A stretch of DNA of 47,961 nucleotides from Acidobacteriota bacterium. Lineage in GTDB: Bacteria > Acidobacteriota > Thermoanaerobaculia > Multivoradales > J023. The stretch is from the NCBI GenBank assembly GCA_038530905.1, contig JBCBCF010000001.1:1-47961 (forward strand), given 5' to 3'. Both the position numbers and the translations under genes were made by a program. Positions 26,837 through 35,626 of this stretch are shown piece by piece (the stretch's first letter is position 1; each line of letters opens with the position of its first letter). The notes beneath the pieces were generated by a model. That model searched no databases. It worked only from the letters and a program-made list of their open reading frames with translations, and was not told where the DNA came from.

Positions 26837-28603
26837 TCAGCGGACCGCGGGATTCGGACGCAACGAGGGTCTCGCGCCCTGAGCGACGGCCGGCGGCGCG
26901 ACGGCCTGCGGCCGCGAGTGAACCAGGATCTGACCTTCTTTCCAGGCCAACAAGAAAGCGTGGACGACCGTCTGATCGAATTTGCTGCCGGTCAGCTTCT
27001 GGATCGTTTCGATCGCATATTCGGGCGACGAGGCGGTTTGGTACGGCCGGTTCGTGGTGATGGCGTCGAAAGTGTCGGCGACCCCGATGATGCGCGCCAT
27101 CAGCGGGATCTGATCGCCTTGGAGCCGATCCGGATAGCCGGTGCCGTTCCACGCTTCGTGGTGCCAGCGGATGCCGGGAATCATCTCGGAGAGCGCAGCG
27201 ATCGGCTCCAGGATGTCCGCCCCGATCGATGGATGCAGCTTCATCTGCTCGAATTCTTCCGGAGTCAAGACACCTTGCTTCTGCAGCACGCGATCCTGCA
27301 CGCCGATCTTGCCCACATCGTGCAGCACCGCCGACAGCCAGACCTTCTCCTGCACGTCTTTCGCCAGGCCGAGATAGCGGGCGATCGCGCGACTGTGCGC
27401 CGCCACCCGCTCGCTGTGGCCGCGAGTGTAGGGATCTTTGGCGTCAATGGCGGCGGCGAACGCGCGAATCGACGACACGAAGAGGGCCCGATTGGCCTCG
27501 GCCGCCTGCCGAAGCTGATCGATCGAGCGCTCGACAGTGTCGCTCATGCGGTTGAAATCCCGCGCCATGTCGGTCAGCTCGGCGGTCACCAAACCGTCCA
27601 TCGATACGCGACGGTCGAAGACGCCGGCGGCGATCTCATGACTGGTCGCGGCCATGCGCTGGATCGGCCGGCTGAACCAGCGCGCGGCGATCAGCGCAAA
27701 AAAGAGCGCCAGCATAACGGCCAGCAGCGTCGAGAGGACCGTGTTGACAATCATCTCGCGAACTTCCTTGAAGGCTGAGGCCGTCGGCTTGTGGGCGACC
27801 AAGCCCCAGCCGGTCTCGCGCACCTCGACCACGCGGGCGAGGGTCGCCTCGACGTCCTCGCCCAGCCGCAGGTCGTACTCGCGGGTATAGCTGAACGGAA
27901 TCTGGGCGAAGTCGGCGACCAGCTCGGATTCGAGCAGCGCGCTCTCGATCAGTGGATTGCTACCCGACGACCACAGCAGCCTGCCGTCGCTGTCAACCAA
28001 GAAGAAGTCGTCGAGGCCGAAGTCTTCGCCACCGCTCGAGCGCGCCGCGAAGTCGAACGGCACCAGCGCCTGCAGCACCAGCGTCTCATCGCCACCCGGT
28101 TCTTCGATCGGCACCGTAATCGCGACCGCCGGCTCCTGCGTCGGCGACACCGCAGCGAAGCGGTAGACAACGTTCTCGGTGCGCAGGGCACGGTCGAAGG
28201 ATTCGGAGAGCGCGCGGCGCACCTGCGGCGCCAAGTCGGTGCCGACGCTCGGGCCGCGCCGGTTCTGCGACAGCGCGCTAAAGACCAGGAAGTCCTGGCG
28301 CTCGGCGGCGAGCGCGCGAAGCTGATCGACCACCCAGTCGGAGCGCAGCCGCTCCTCGAGCGAGGCGGCACCCGGCGGCGCGACGATGCCGCGGCCGAGC
28401 GCTTCGAGCTCCGTGCGCCGCACGACGAGATCCTGGCTCAAGCTGTCGACGAAGGCCTGCGCGGAATGCGTCAGCAGCTCCGTTTCCTGAGTCTTGAGCG
28501 TCTCTCGATTGGTCTGGATCAGATGGAAGCTGGAGAACAGGACCGGCAGGACGGACGACGCCAAGAGAAGAGCGAAGAGCAGATGCCGGAGGCGAACCCG
28601 CAT
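26837..28603 (-). CDS. Membrane sensor HD-GYP phosphodiesterase (periplasmic Cache-like region, HAMP, HD-GYP)
   Basis: Two TM segments flank a ~300-aa extracytoplasmic region. A HAMP-like linker follows. Motifs HSERVA, LHDVGKIGV and HHEAWNGTGYPDRL are present. The start at 28603 (MRVRLRHLLF) is chosen over the low-complexity extension to 28777. Confidence 0.85.
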   Translation of the reverse strand: MRVRLRHLLFALLLASSVLPVLFSSFHLIQTNRETLKTQETELLTHSAQAFVDSLSQDLVVRRTELEALGRGIVAPPGAASLEERLRSDWVVDQLRALAAERQDFLVFSALSQNRRGPSVGTDLAPQVRRALSESFDRALRTENVVYRFAAVSPTQEPAVAITVPIEEPGGDETLVLQALVPFDFAARSSGGEDFGLDDFFLVDSDGRLLWSSGSNPLIESALLESELVADFAQIPFSYTREYDLRLGEDVEATLARVVEVRETGWGLVAHKPTASAFKEVREMIVNTVLSTLLAVMLALFFALIAARWFSRPIQRMAATSHEIAAGVFDRRVSMDGLVTAELTDMARDFNRMSDTVERSIDQLRQAAEANRALFVSSIRAFAAAIDAKDPYTRGHSERVAAHSRAIARYLGLAKDVQEKVWLSAVLHDVGKIGVQDRVLQKQGVLTPEEFEQMKLHPSIGADILEPIAALSEMIPGIRWHHEAWNGTGYPDRLQGDQIPLMARIIGVADTFDAITTNRPYQTASSPEYAIETIQKLTGSKFDQTVVHAFLLAWKEGQILVHSRPQAVAPPAVAQGARPSLRPNPAVR

Positions 28604-28864
28604 CTTGCCGTCGCCGTCAGATCGTGGACGGCGGCGAGGGCGCCGGAGACTCCCGGCACCGCGCGGGCGGCTGGGCGCCGAGGGCTCGGCCGGCGCCGAG
28701 GATTCCGCTGGCGGTCCGCTCAACGCGCGCATCTCCTCGCGGCGTGCGCCAGGCCGCCGATCACCGGCCGCAGGCACCGCCGTCGGGGAGTCAGGGCGGA
28801 GAGCCGAGCGACGGACGACATCGGCGGGCAGTATAGCCGAGCACCGAAGCCGCTCAGCGCCACG

Positions 28865-29992
28865 TCAGGGCCGCCCGGACGGGTCCTCGAGAAAGCGTCG
28901 AAGCTCGTCCAGGACCACCTCGTCCCCGAGATCCGACACGAACGGCGAGTCGCCCGGGGCGCTCGGCAGAATCCACACCAGGCCTCGCTCCGTCGCCTTC
29001 TTGTCACCGCGCGCCAGGTCGACGAGCGCCTCGGCGTCCTCGATGCTGACCGGCAGCGTCGGCAGGTCGAAGCGGCCGAGAAGGTCCCGCAGCCGCCCGG
29101 CAATTCCGGCATCGACGCTGCCCCGCCGCTCAGCCAGGCGCAACGCGAAGAGCATCCCGTACGCGACTGCCTCGCCATGGCGCAGGCCGGAGTAGCCGAG
29201 GCGCGCCTCGATCGCGTGCCCGAGCGTATGGCCGAAGTTGAGGATCCGACGCCGGCCGCCCTCCGTTGCGTCCTCCTCGACCACCGCCGTCTTGGCAGCC
29301 ACCGCGGCCGCCACGACCGGCACGAGCACCGCCGGCTCGGCGGCCAAGATCGCCTCGAGGTCGCGCTCGACCCGGGCGAGCAGGTCGAGGTCGAGGAACG
29401 CCGCCATCTTCACCACCTCGACAAGACCCGAGCGCAGCTCCTCCCTCGGCAGCGTCCCGAGCACCGAGGTGTCAGCGAGCACCCATGGCGGATGATGGAA
29501 GAGGCCAACGGTATTCTTGCCGCGCGGCAAATCGAGGCCGGTCTTGCCACCAACCGAGGCGTCGACCTGCGCGAGCAGCGTCGTCGGCACCTGCGCGAAG
29601 GCGATGCCGCGCAGGAACGCACCGGCGACAAAGCCCGCCAGGTCACCGACGCTGCCGCCGCCGAAGGCGAGCATGCGGCTATCGCGCTTCCCTCCTCGGC
29701 TGAGCATGGTTGCCCACAGGCTGCCGGCAACATCGAGCGACTTCGCCGCCTCGCCGTCCGGCACCTCCAGCTCGACCGCGCGGGCGCCAGCGGCGAGCAG
29801 GGGCGCCAGGCGCCGGCCGTGCAGCCCGAGGATGCGCCCACTCGACATGAAGAACAGCGTTCGCTCGGCGAGCCAGGGCGCGACGCGCTCGACGACCTCG
29901 GAGTCGCCCAGCAGATCGTCGCCGACCAGGATCCGGGTCGTCGGCTCGGCGCCCGGCCCGTCGAGCCGCAGAGCAATCTCTCGCCGCGTCAC
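28865..29992 (-). CDS. aroB: 3-dehydroquinate synthase
   Basis: GGGSVGDLAGFVAGAFLRGIAFAQVPTTLLAQVDASVGGKTG and FGHTLGHAIE. The GTG start overlaps the aspS stop (GTGA). Confidence 0.9.
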   Translation of the reverse strand: MTRREIALRLDGPGAEPTTRILVGDDLLGDSEVVERVAPWLAERTLFFMSSGRILGLHGRRLAPLLAAGARAVELEVPDGEAAKSLDVAGSLWATMLSRGGKRDSRMLAFGGGSVGDLAGFVAGAFLRGIAFAQVPTTLLAQVDASVGGKTGLDLPRGKNTVGLFHHPPWVLADTSVLGTLPREELRSGLVEVVKMAAFLDLDLLARVERDLEAILAAEPAVLVPVVAAAVAAKTAVVEEDATEGGRRRILNFGHTLGHAIEARLGYSGLRHGEAVAYGMLFALRLAERRGSVDAGIAGRLRDLLGRFDLPTLPVSIEDAEALVDLARGDKKATERGLVWILPSAPGDSPFVSDLGDEVVLDELRRFLEDPSGRP

Positions 29993-31860
29993 CGACCGGT
30001 GCCGTCGTCGCGCGAACCGGCGTCGTCGGGCGAGCTGGCGTCGTCGGGCGAGCTGGCGTCTGCGTCCGCGGCGTCAGACTCGACCGTCGCGGCGATCTCG
30101 ATGCCCAGCTCCTCGAGCTGTGCAGGATCGACCCGCGAAGGCGCCCGCGTCATCAACGACGTCGCCGAGGTCGTCTTCGGGAAGAGGATCACCTCGCGCA
30201 GCGAGGAGGCCCCGGCCATCAGCATCACCGTCCGATCGACGCCGAGGGCGATGCCGCCGTGCGGTGGCGCCCCGAAGCGCAGCGCGTCCAGCAAGAAACC
30301 GAAGCGCGCCTTCGCCTCCTCGGCGTCGATGCCCAGGAGCCCGAAGACCTTCTGCTGCACGTCCGAGCGATGGATTCGGATCGACCCGCCGCCCAGCTCG
30401 AAGCCATCCATCACGAGGTCGTAGGCTCGGGAGCGAATGGAGCCGATCGTCGGATCGGTCGGCTCGCGGTCGAGCAGCTCGAGATCGCGCGGATCGGGCG
30501 CGGTGAACGGATGATGCAGCGAGGTCCAGCGCGCGGCCTCCTCGTCCCACTCGACCAGCGGGAACTCGGTGACCCAAAGGAAGGCATGCCGACCCGTCGG
30601 GATCAGATCGCGCTCTCGCGCCAGATGCTGGCGCAGCGCCCCGAGCGACCGAGCGGTCGTCTTCGGATCACCGGCGACGATTAACGCCAGATCGCCCTCG
30701 CCGAGCTCGAGGCGCTCGGCGGCAGCCTGCTTCTCGCCTTCTTCCAGGGCGGTCTTGACGGTGAATTGAAGCTCGCCGCCGCGTCGGCGCAGAGTCAGCG
30801 CGCCGGCCGCACCGTAGCGCCGCGCGACCTCGGCCCAGCCGTCGACCTGCTTGCGGCTGGCGTCGGCAGCCCCCGGAACCACGAAGCCGCGGATCGTCCC
30901 GCCGCTCTCGGCAGCGGCCCGGAAGCCGCGGAAGCCAGTGTCGCCCAAGACGTCCGTCAGCTCGTGAATCTCGAGGTCGTAGCGCAGATCCGGACGGTCA
31001 CTGCCGTAGCGAGCCATCGCCTCGGCGTAGGTCAAGCGCCGCAGCGGCGTTTCGACCTCGATGCCGGCGAGCGGCAGGATCTCGCCGATCATGCCCTCGA
31101 CCAGCGTCAGCACGTCCTCTTCGTCGACGAACGACATCTCGAGATCGATCTGGGTGAACTCGGGCTGCCGATCGGCGCGCAAATCCTCGTCTCGGAAGCA
31201 GCGAGCGATCTGGTAATAGCGCTCGAAGCCAGCAACCATGAGGAGCTGCTTGAAGATCTGCGGCGACTGCGGCAGGGCGTAGAAGCGGCCCGGATGCACG
31301 CGGCTCGGCACCAGGTAGTCGCGCGCGCCTTCGGGCGTCGAGCGCGTCAGCATCGGCGTTTCGAGGTCGACGAAGCCGTGGCGATGGAGATAGTTGCGGA
31401 CACCGAGCACGACGCGATCACGGAGGAGGAAGTTGCCCTGAAGCTCCGGCCGGCGCAGCTCGAGGTAGCGATACTCGAGCCGCAGCTCCTCGGAGGCGTC
31501 GATCTTTCCCTCGACCTCGATCGGCGGCACGTCCGACGGCGACAGGATCTCGGCGCGGTCAACGACCACCTCGACCTCGCCGGTCGGCAGGTCTGGATTC
31601 GGGCTCTCGCGGCGGACCAACTCGCCCTCAAGCTCGACGACCCACTCGGCGCGCACCGGTCCGAGGAGTCGATGCGGCTCCGGATGGTCATCGGGGTACA
31701 CCACCGCCTGCGCCAAACCGCTGCGATCTCGCAGATCGAGGAAGAGCAGGCCGCCGAGATCGCGGCGGCGATGCACCCAGCCCTGCAACCGCACGCGCTG
31801 GCCGATGTCGGCGGCGCGCAGCTCGCCCGCCGGCCGTCGTTCGAGAGAGGTTTCGGTCAT
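29989..31860 (-). CDS. aspS: Aspartate--tRNA ligase with an acidic repeat-containing C-terminal tail
   Basis: OB-fold N-terminus (VRLQGWVHRRRDLGGLLFLDLRDRSG). Class II motifs FRDEDLRADRQPEFTQID and GGGSIRIH...GAPPHGGIALGVDR. The ATG at 31860 is preceded by GGGAG. Confidence 0.93.
   Translation of the reverse strand: MTETSLERRPAGELRAADIGQRVRLQGWVHRRRDLGGLLFLDLRDRSGLAQAVVYPDDHPEPHRLLGPVRAEWVVELEGELVRRESPNPDLPTGEVEVVVDRAEILSPSDVPPIEVEGKIDASEELRLEYRYLELRRPELQGNFLLRDRVVLGVRNYLHRHGFVDLETPMLTRSTPEGARDYLVPSRVHPGRFYALPQSPQIFKQLLMVAGFERYYQIARCFRDEDLRADRQPEFTQIDLEMSFVDEEDVLTLVEGMIGEILPLAGIEVETPLRRLTYAEAMARYGSDRPDLRYDLEIHELTDVLGDTGFRGFRAAAESGGTIRGFVVPGAADASRKQVDGWAEVARRYGAAGALTLRRRGGELQFTVKTALEEGEKQAAAERLELGEGDLALIVAGDPKTTARSLGALRQHLARERDLIPTGRHAFLWVTEFPLVEWDEEAARWTSLHHPFTAPDPRDLELLDREPTDPTIGSIRSRAYDLVMDGFELGGGSIRIHRSDVQQKVFGLLGIDAEEAKARFGFLLDALRFGAPPHGGIALGVDRTVMLMAGASSLREVILFPKTTSATSLMTRAPSRVDPAQLEELGIEIAATVESDAADADASSPDDASSPDDAGSRDDGTGR
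30019..30060. repeat. In-frame 18-bp tandem repeat (about 2.3 copies) inside the aspS 3' end
   Basis: GGCGTCGTCGGGCGAGCT is repeated at 30019 and 30037, with a partial third copy. On the minus strand it encodes the ASSPDD ASSPDD part of the tail. Confidence 0.85.
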
Positions 31861-32034
31861 CTTGGAATCTCCCGGGCGCTCACGAATGCGCGGCGCTCGC
31901 GGTGCAAGACGCATCGAGGTGTCGAGACGAACCGTGGTTCGGAACGAAACACGGTTCGCGACAAGACACCGGTCAATGCGATTCAGTTGTCGAAAAGAAT
32001 CAAGGCGCTCGAGGAACTGAAGCTCGCTGCGGGC

Positions 32035-32586
32035 TCAAGGTCGCCGAGCGCTCACCGGCTCGATCCCGTCGCCGAGCATCCGACGGTAGTCGTCCTTAAG
32101 GCGCACGTAACGGTCTCGGATGGCCCCAATCTCTCGACGCTCGGCATCGGTCAAGGCGCGACGCACACGCGCCGGAACGCCCATCGCAAGCTGGCCGGCC
32201 GGAACCCGCGCTCCCGGCGCCACGACCGCTCCTGCAGCCACCTGCGCCCCGGCCTCGACCACCGCGCCGTCGAGCACCCGCGCGCCGATCCCGATCAGGC
32301 AGCCGTCTTCGAGCGTGCACCCGTGAACCACCGCGCCGTGGCCGATCACCACCCCGCGTCCGATCGACAGCGGAAAGCGTTCATGCGTCACGTGCAGCAC
32401 GCTGCCGTCCTGCACATTGGTGCCGTCGCCGATGCGAATCCAGTGGACGTCTCCGCGCGCGACGGTGTGGAACCAGAACGACACGTCGTCGCCGATCGTG
32501 ACCTCACCCGTCACCCAAGCGCTCGGCGCCAGGAACACTCGGTCGCCGACGAGAGGCGTCGCGTCATGATGCGGAACGATCGGCAT
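32035..32586 (-). CDS. Gamma-carbonic-anhydrase-family / hexapeptide-repeat protein (YrdA/PaaY-like)
   Basis: VFLAPSAWVTGEVTIGDDVSFWFHTVARGDVHWIRIGDGTNVQDGSVLH followed by left-handed beta-helix hexapeptide repeats. Confidence 0.85.
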   Translation of the reverse strand: MPIVPHHDATPLVGDRVFLAPSAWVTGEVTIGDDVSFWFHTVARGDVHWIRIGDGTNVQDGSVLHVTHERFPLSIGRGVVIGHGAVVHGCTLEDGCLIGIGARVLDGAVVEAGAQVAAGAVVAPGARVPAGQLAMGVPARVRRALTDAERREIGAIRDRYVRLKDDYRRMLGDGIEPVSARRP

Positions 32587-32758
32587 GGCTGGAGGCAAAC
32601 GCGGCCGCTGGAGTGGAAGACCGGAGATCCGGACGGCGCGCCACGATGCGCGCGGGATCTTAGCAGCGCCGCAGCCCTGACTGGGCGAGGCCTGAGCGAC
32701 GCCGAGCCAGCGAAGAACGGATGCAACGAGCGAACAGGACTATGAGACAGTTCGTGCG

Positions 32759-33526
32759 ATGGCGACCGAACGCTCCGGCTCCGCGGACCGCACAGATCCC
32801 TCTCCCGCCAGTCTGTCGATCGACGTCGTGCTGCCGGCGCTCGACGAAGAGCGCTCGCTGCCGCTCGTGCTCGGCGACCTTCCGCGGGATCGGATCCGCC
32901 GGATCGTCGTGGCCGACAACGGCTCGGCGGATCGCACGGCGGAGGTGGCCCGTGAGCTGGGCGCCGAGGTCGTGCCGGCCGCCCGCCGCGGCTATGGCAG
33001 CGCCTGTCTGGCCGGCCTGGGGCATCTGAGGGACACTGGGGCGCCCGACATCGTCGTATTTCTCGACGCCGACTACTCCGACCATCCGGACGAGCTGGGT
33101 CAGGTGGTCGCGCCGATCTTGAGCGGCGAAGCCGACCTGGTGATCGGCTCTCGGCTGCTGGGCCGCCGCGAGCCGGGAGCGCTTCTCCCCCAGGCGCGGG
33201 TCGGCAACGTCATCGCCTGCACTCTGATCCGCTGCCTCTACGGCCATCGATATACCGATCTCGGACCCTTTCGCGCCATCCGTTGGTCGGCGCTCGAGCG
33301 CTTGGACATGCGCGATCCCGACTTCGGCTGGACCGCCGAGATGCAGGTCAAGGCCGTGCGCCTCAGCCTGCGCGTCGTCGAGGTTCCGGTGAGCTATCGC
33401 CGACGAGTCGGGGTGTCGAAGATCACCGGCACCGTGCGTGGCTCGGTCCTCGCAGGCATCAAGATCTTGACCACGGTGGCGCGCTACGCCCGCGCGCCCA
33501 TCGGCCGACCCTCGAGGGACGGCTGA
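32759..33526 (+). CDS. Family 2 glycosyltransferase (Dpm1/polyprenol-phosphate sugar transferase-like)
   Basis: SIDVVLPALDEERSL, VVADNGSADRT, VFLDADYSD (DxD) and a C-terminal amphipathic region. Confidence 0.8.
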   Translation: MATERSGSADRTDPSPASLSIDVVLPALDEERSLPLVLGDLPRDRIRRIVVADNGSADRTAEVARELGAEVVPAARRGYGSACLAGLGHLRDTGAPDIVVFLDADYSDHPDELGQVVAPILSGEADLVIGSRLLGRREPGALLPQARVGNVIACTLIRCLYGHRYTDLGPFRAIRWSALERLDMRDPDFGWTAEMQVKAVRLSLRVVEVPVSYRRRVGVSKITGTVRGSVLAGIKILTTVARYARAPIGRPSRDG

Positions 33527-33552
33527 CCTCGAACACCGCCACGGGAGCCGCT

Positions 33553-33861
33553 ATGGACTTCGTCGAAATCGCCCGCTTCCCCTCCCGCTACGAGGCCGAG
33601 ACCGTCGGCCACGCCCTCGATGAGCACGGCATCCCGTTTCTGGTGCAGAGCGCCGACGTCGGCATCTTCGGACCGGGCATGGGTGGCTTCAGTCCTGAGG
33701 GGGCGGCGCTCAAAGTGCCGCGCGATCGCGTCGAGGAAGTGTCGCGCCTTCTCACCTGCGTCGTGCAGCCGATCGAAGCCGACGCGTTCGGCCCGGGTGA
33801 CCCGGCCGGGGACGACCCGGCAGCCGGCGACCTGCTGACCGGCGATTCAGTCGACGACTGA
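33553..33861 (+). CDS. Small DUF2007-like (putative signal-transducing) protein with an acidic/Pro tail
   Basis: MDFVEIARFPSRYEAETVGHALDEHGIPFLVQS...GAALKVPRDRVEEVSRLL matches the beta-alpha-beta pattern I associate with DUF2007. GGGAG lies upstream of the ATG at 33553. Confidence 0.6.
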   Translation: MDFVEIARFPSRYEAETVGHALDEHGIPFLVQSADVGIFGPGMGGFSPEGAALKVPRDRVEEVSRLLTCVVQPIEADAFGPGDPAGDDPAAGDLLTGDSVDD

Positions 33862-33865
33862 CGAT

Positions 33866-34378
33866 CTAAGGCGGCGGAAAGATCGGCGGCAGGATCGGGC
33901 CGTCCGGCTCGTCCTCCTCATCGTCCTCGCCATCCTCGTCCGGGTCCCGCGAGCCCGGCCCCCACGAGACGACCTCGGGGAATGACGCCGCGTCCTCGCG
34001 AAAAATCTCGGCCACCGCGACCCGACGGGCGCCTCCCCAGGTAGCTTCGACCCGAACATCGCGGTGCCGGTCTTTGGTCGACAGGGCGATCGTCACCTCC
34101 GCGCTGCCGCCGTTCAGCTCGAAGGTTTCGCTGCCGACGTGGAAGAAGTTGCCGCGCAGCCGCTGCAGGGCGACGGAGATCCCTGAATCGACCAGCACCT
34201 GCAGCCGCAGATCGCGATCCGCGCTGCGCACCTCGAACATCCTCTCGTGCAGTGCCGCCGCCACCAAACCGAGGGCGCCGAGCAGGAGGGCCGCAACCAC
34301 AAGGACCGCGACGAGAGCCCAGCCCGCATCGCGTCGAGCAGGCGTCGAACCGGCAGAGCGCAGGCCGCTTCTCACCAA
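33866..34378 (-). CDS. Short GspK-like minor pseudopilin-type protein with an acidic/Pro-rich C-terminus
   Basis: The N-terminus RRDAGWALVAVLVVAALLLGALGLV resembles GspK-type N-termini, which lack the conserved Glu. It has a 7-nt overlap with the upstream pseudopilin gene. The tail reads DEDGEDDEEDEPDGPILPPIFPPP. Confidence 0.55.
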   Translation of the reverse strand: MVRSGLRSAGSTPARRDAGWALVAVLVVAALLLGALGLVAAALHERMFEVRSADRDLRLQVLVDSGISVALQRLRGNFFHVGSETFELNGGSAEVTIALSTKDRHRDVRVEATWGGARRVAVAEIFREDAASFPEVVSWGPGSRDPDEDGEDDEEDEPDGPILPPIFPPP

Positions 34379-34968
34379 TCTTCTCCACCGTCGCCGCGCA
34401 AGAACGCCACAGCCGTCGAGGTGCGCTGGATCTTCTCGAGCCGCTCGCGCTGACCGGCTGCGGTCGAACCACCGAGCGGCGGCGTTTCGTCCCAGGTCAG
34501 CTCGACCTCGATCATCCGCCCGCCGCTCCCCGCCAGGGTTCGCCAGCGAAACCCGCGAATGCCGCGCATCGCCGGGGAGAAGCTCGAGGGCGCGAACTCG
34601 CCGGGTGCGTACGTGCCTCGCTGCAGCACATCACCGTCGCGCACCCACAGCACCGAGCCGCCGGCCGCCACGCCATCGATCTGCAGCGGCCCGCTCTGCC
34701 AGAGCTCGGCGGTGAACGGCGGCAGAGCCACCTCGCTCCCCCCGCGCAGGTCCACGCGCAAACGCGCCAGCGTCGCCTCGGCCTGCGGATCGGTCAGCCG
34801 TCGACCCGAGCGAGACACCTCCGCCAGGCCGGCGAGCAGGAGCTGGTACACGAGGGTCATGAGCACGGTCAGGAGCACCAGCGCCACGAGGATCTCGAGC
34901 AGGCTGATGCCGCGGCGGGCGGACCGCGGGCGGCACCGGCGGACTGCGCTCGACTTCAGCGACGCCAA
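34372..34968 (-). CDS. Prepilin-type N-terminal cleavage/methylation domain protein (GspJ-like minor pseudopilin)
   Basis: RRGISLLEILVALVLLTVLMTLV contains the G/xSLLE prepilin peptidase motif followed by a hydrophobic helix. Confidence 0.7.
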   Translation of the reverse strand: MASLKSSAVRRCRPRSARRGISLLEILVALVLLTVLMTLVYQLLLAGLAEVSRSGRRLTDPQAEATLARLRVDLRGGSEVALPPFTAELWQSGPLQIDGVAAGGSVLWVRDGDVLQRGTYAPGEFAPSSFSPAMRGIRGFRWRTLAGSGGRMIEVELTWDETPPLGGSTAAGQRERLEKIQRTSTAVAFLRGDGGEDW

Positions 34969-35393
34969 AACAAGATCTCCAGTCGGCGGCTCGACGGGTG
35001 GCCAGCGATTTCATAGCGCGCGATGAGCGTGCCGGCATAGAGCCCCTGGCCGCGCCCTTCCACCTCGAGCGTCAGGCTGAAGTTCTCGACCGGTGGCCCG
35101 GGCTCGAGCACCGGGGCGAGAGCGTGCTCACCGTTGGCAAGCGGCACGGCGAGACCGCCGCGGATGGCCTCGTGCTGCGCTTCGAGCGAGCGAACCGCCT
35201 CGCGCTGCCCTCGGGCGCGCCGATCGAGGATCGTCTGCGTCGACAGCATGCCGCTCGTCGCAACCAAGATCGTCAGCAAGATGACCGACGCAATCAACAC
35301 CTCCAAGAGGCTGTAGCCATCCCGGCGGCTCGATCGGTTGGTGCATCGTCGCCAGGAGCTCGACTCCGCTCCGATCTGCCGATGCACATTCAT
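34956..35393 (-). CDS. Prepilin-type N-terminal cleavage/methylation domain protein (GspI/H-like minor pseudopilin)
   Basis: RRDGYSLLEVLIASVILLTILVA prepilin motif. It is the first gene of a three-gene overlapping array. Confidence 0.7.
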   Translation of the reverse strand: MNVHRQIGAESSSWRRCTNRSSRRDGYSLLEVLIASVILLTILVATSGMLSTQTILDRRARGQREAVRSLEAQHEAIRGGLAVPLANGEHALAPVLEPGPPVENFSLTLEVEGRGQGLYAGTLIARYEIAGHPSSRRLEILFWRR

Positions 35394-35467
35394 CTCTTGA
35401 TTCTACGCGTCCCGGGAGCGAGGCGCCGGGTGCCGAGCGTCGGATCTCTGTCCCGGGCCGTCGGGGC

Positions 35468-35496
35468 TTGACGTCGGCAGCCTCACTGAATATCAT
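35468..35496 (+). promoter_or_regulatory. Sigma70-like promoter candidate TTGACG-N17-TATCAT upstream of the SahR-like gene
   Basis: -35 TTGACG (35468-35473), an exact 17-nt spacer, and -10 TATCAT (35491-35496). It sits in an AT-richer patch of the divergent intergenic region, about 130 nt upstream of the GTG at 35627. Confidence 0.5.
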
Positions 35497-35510
35497 TCCA
35501 TCCGGATGGA
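35497..35510. promoter_or_regulatory. Perfect 14-bp palindrome TCCATCCGGATGGA abutting the -10 (candidate operator)
   Basis: Self-complementarity was verified by hand. Its position overlaps the predicted transcription start, which is the classic location for an ArsR-family autoregulatory operator. Confidence 0.45.
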
Positions 35511-35626
35511 CGGATCATCCAGCTCGCGATGCGCAACGAACATAGCAGTCAACACAGCCGAGCACTCAGCGCGACCGACCGAACACCTTCCGATCCGACC
35601 TTCACCAAGCGAAAAAGCCTCGACCC

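Noticed and set aside
28604-28777. N-terminal 58-aa extension of the HD-GYP protein, and analogous extensions of ltaE, ribE, ridA, devA, the STAS protein, the Roadblock protein and the LamG protein in the ORF track
   Set aside because: The extensions are Arg/Pro/Ser/Gly low-complexity sequence, often overlap the upstream gene, and precede an internal ATG where the recognisable domain or signal peptide begins. The shorter starts were preferred, although they are not proven.
27791-30424. 877-aa plus-strand ORF, with similar long ORFs at 30766-32745 (+), 36672-38351 (-), 12577-13869 (-), 35549-36730 (-), 42376-43692 (-), 17148-18656 (+), 274-1440 (-) and 7921-8937 (-)
   Set aside because: All lie antisense to genes with unambiguous family motifs (HD-GYP, aroB, aspS, ahcY, devB, the SahR-like gene, the Ser/Thr kinase, the beta-helix protein, metH, and ridA with a sulfatase-like gene). 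All have Arg/Pro/Gly/Ala-dominated junk composition. They are stop-codon-poor antisense frames of GC-rich DNA.
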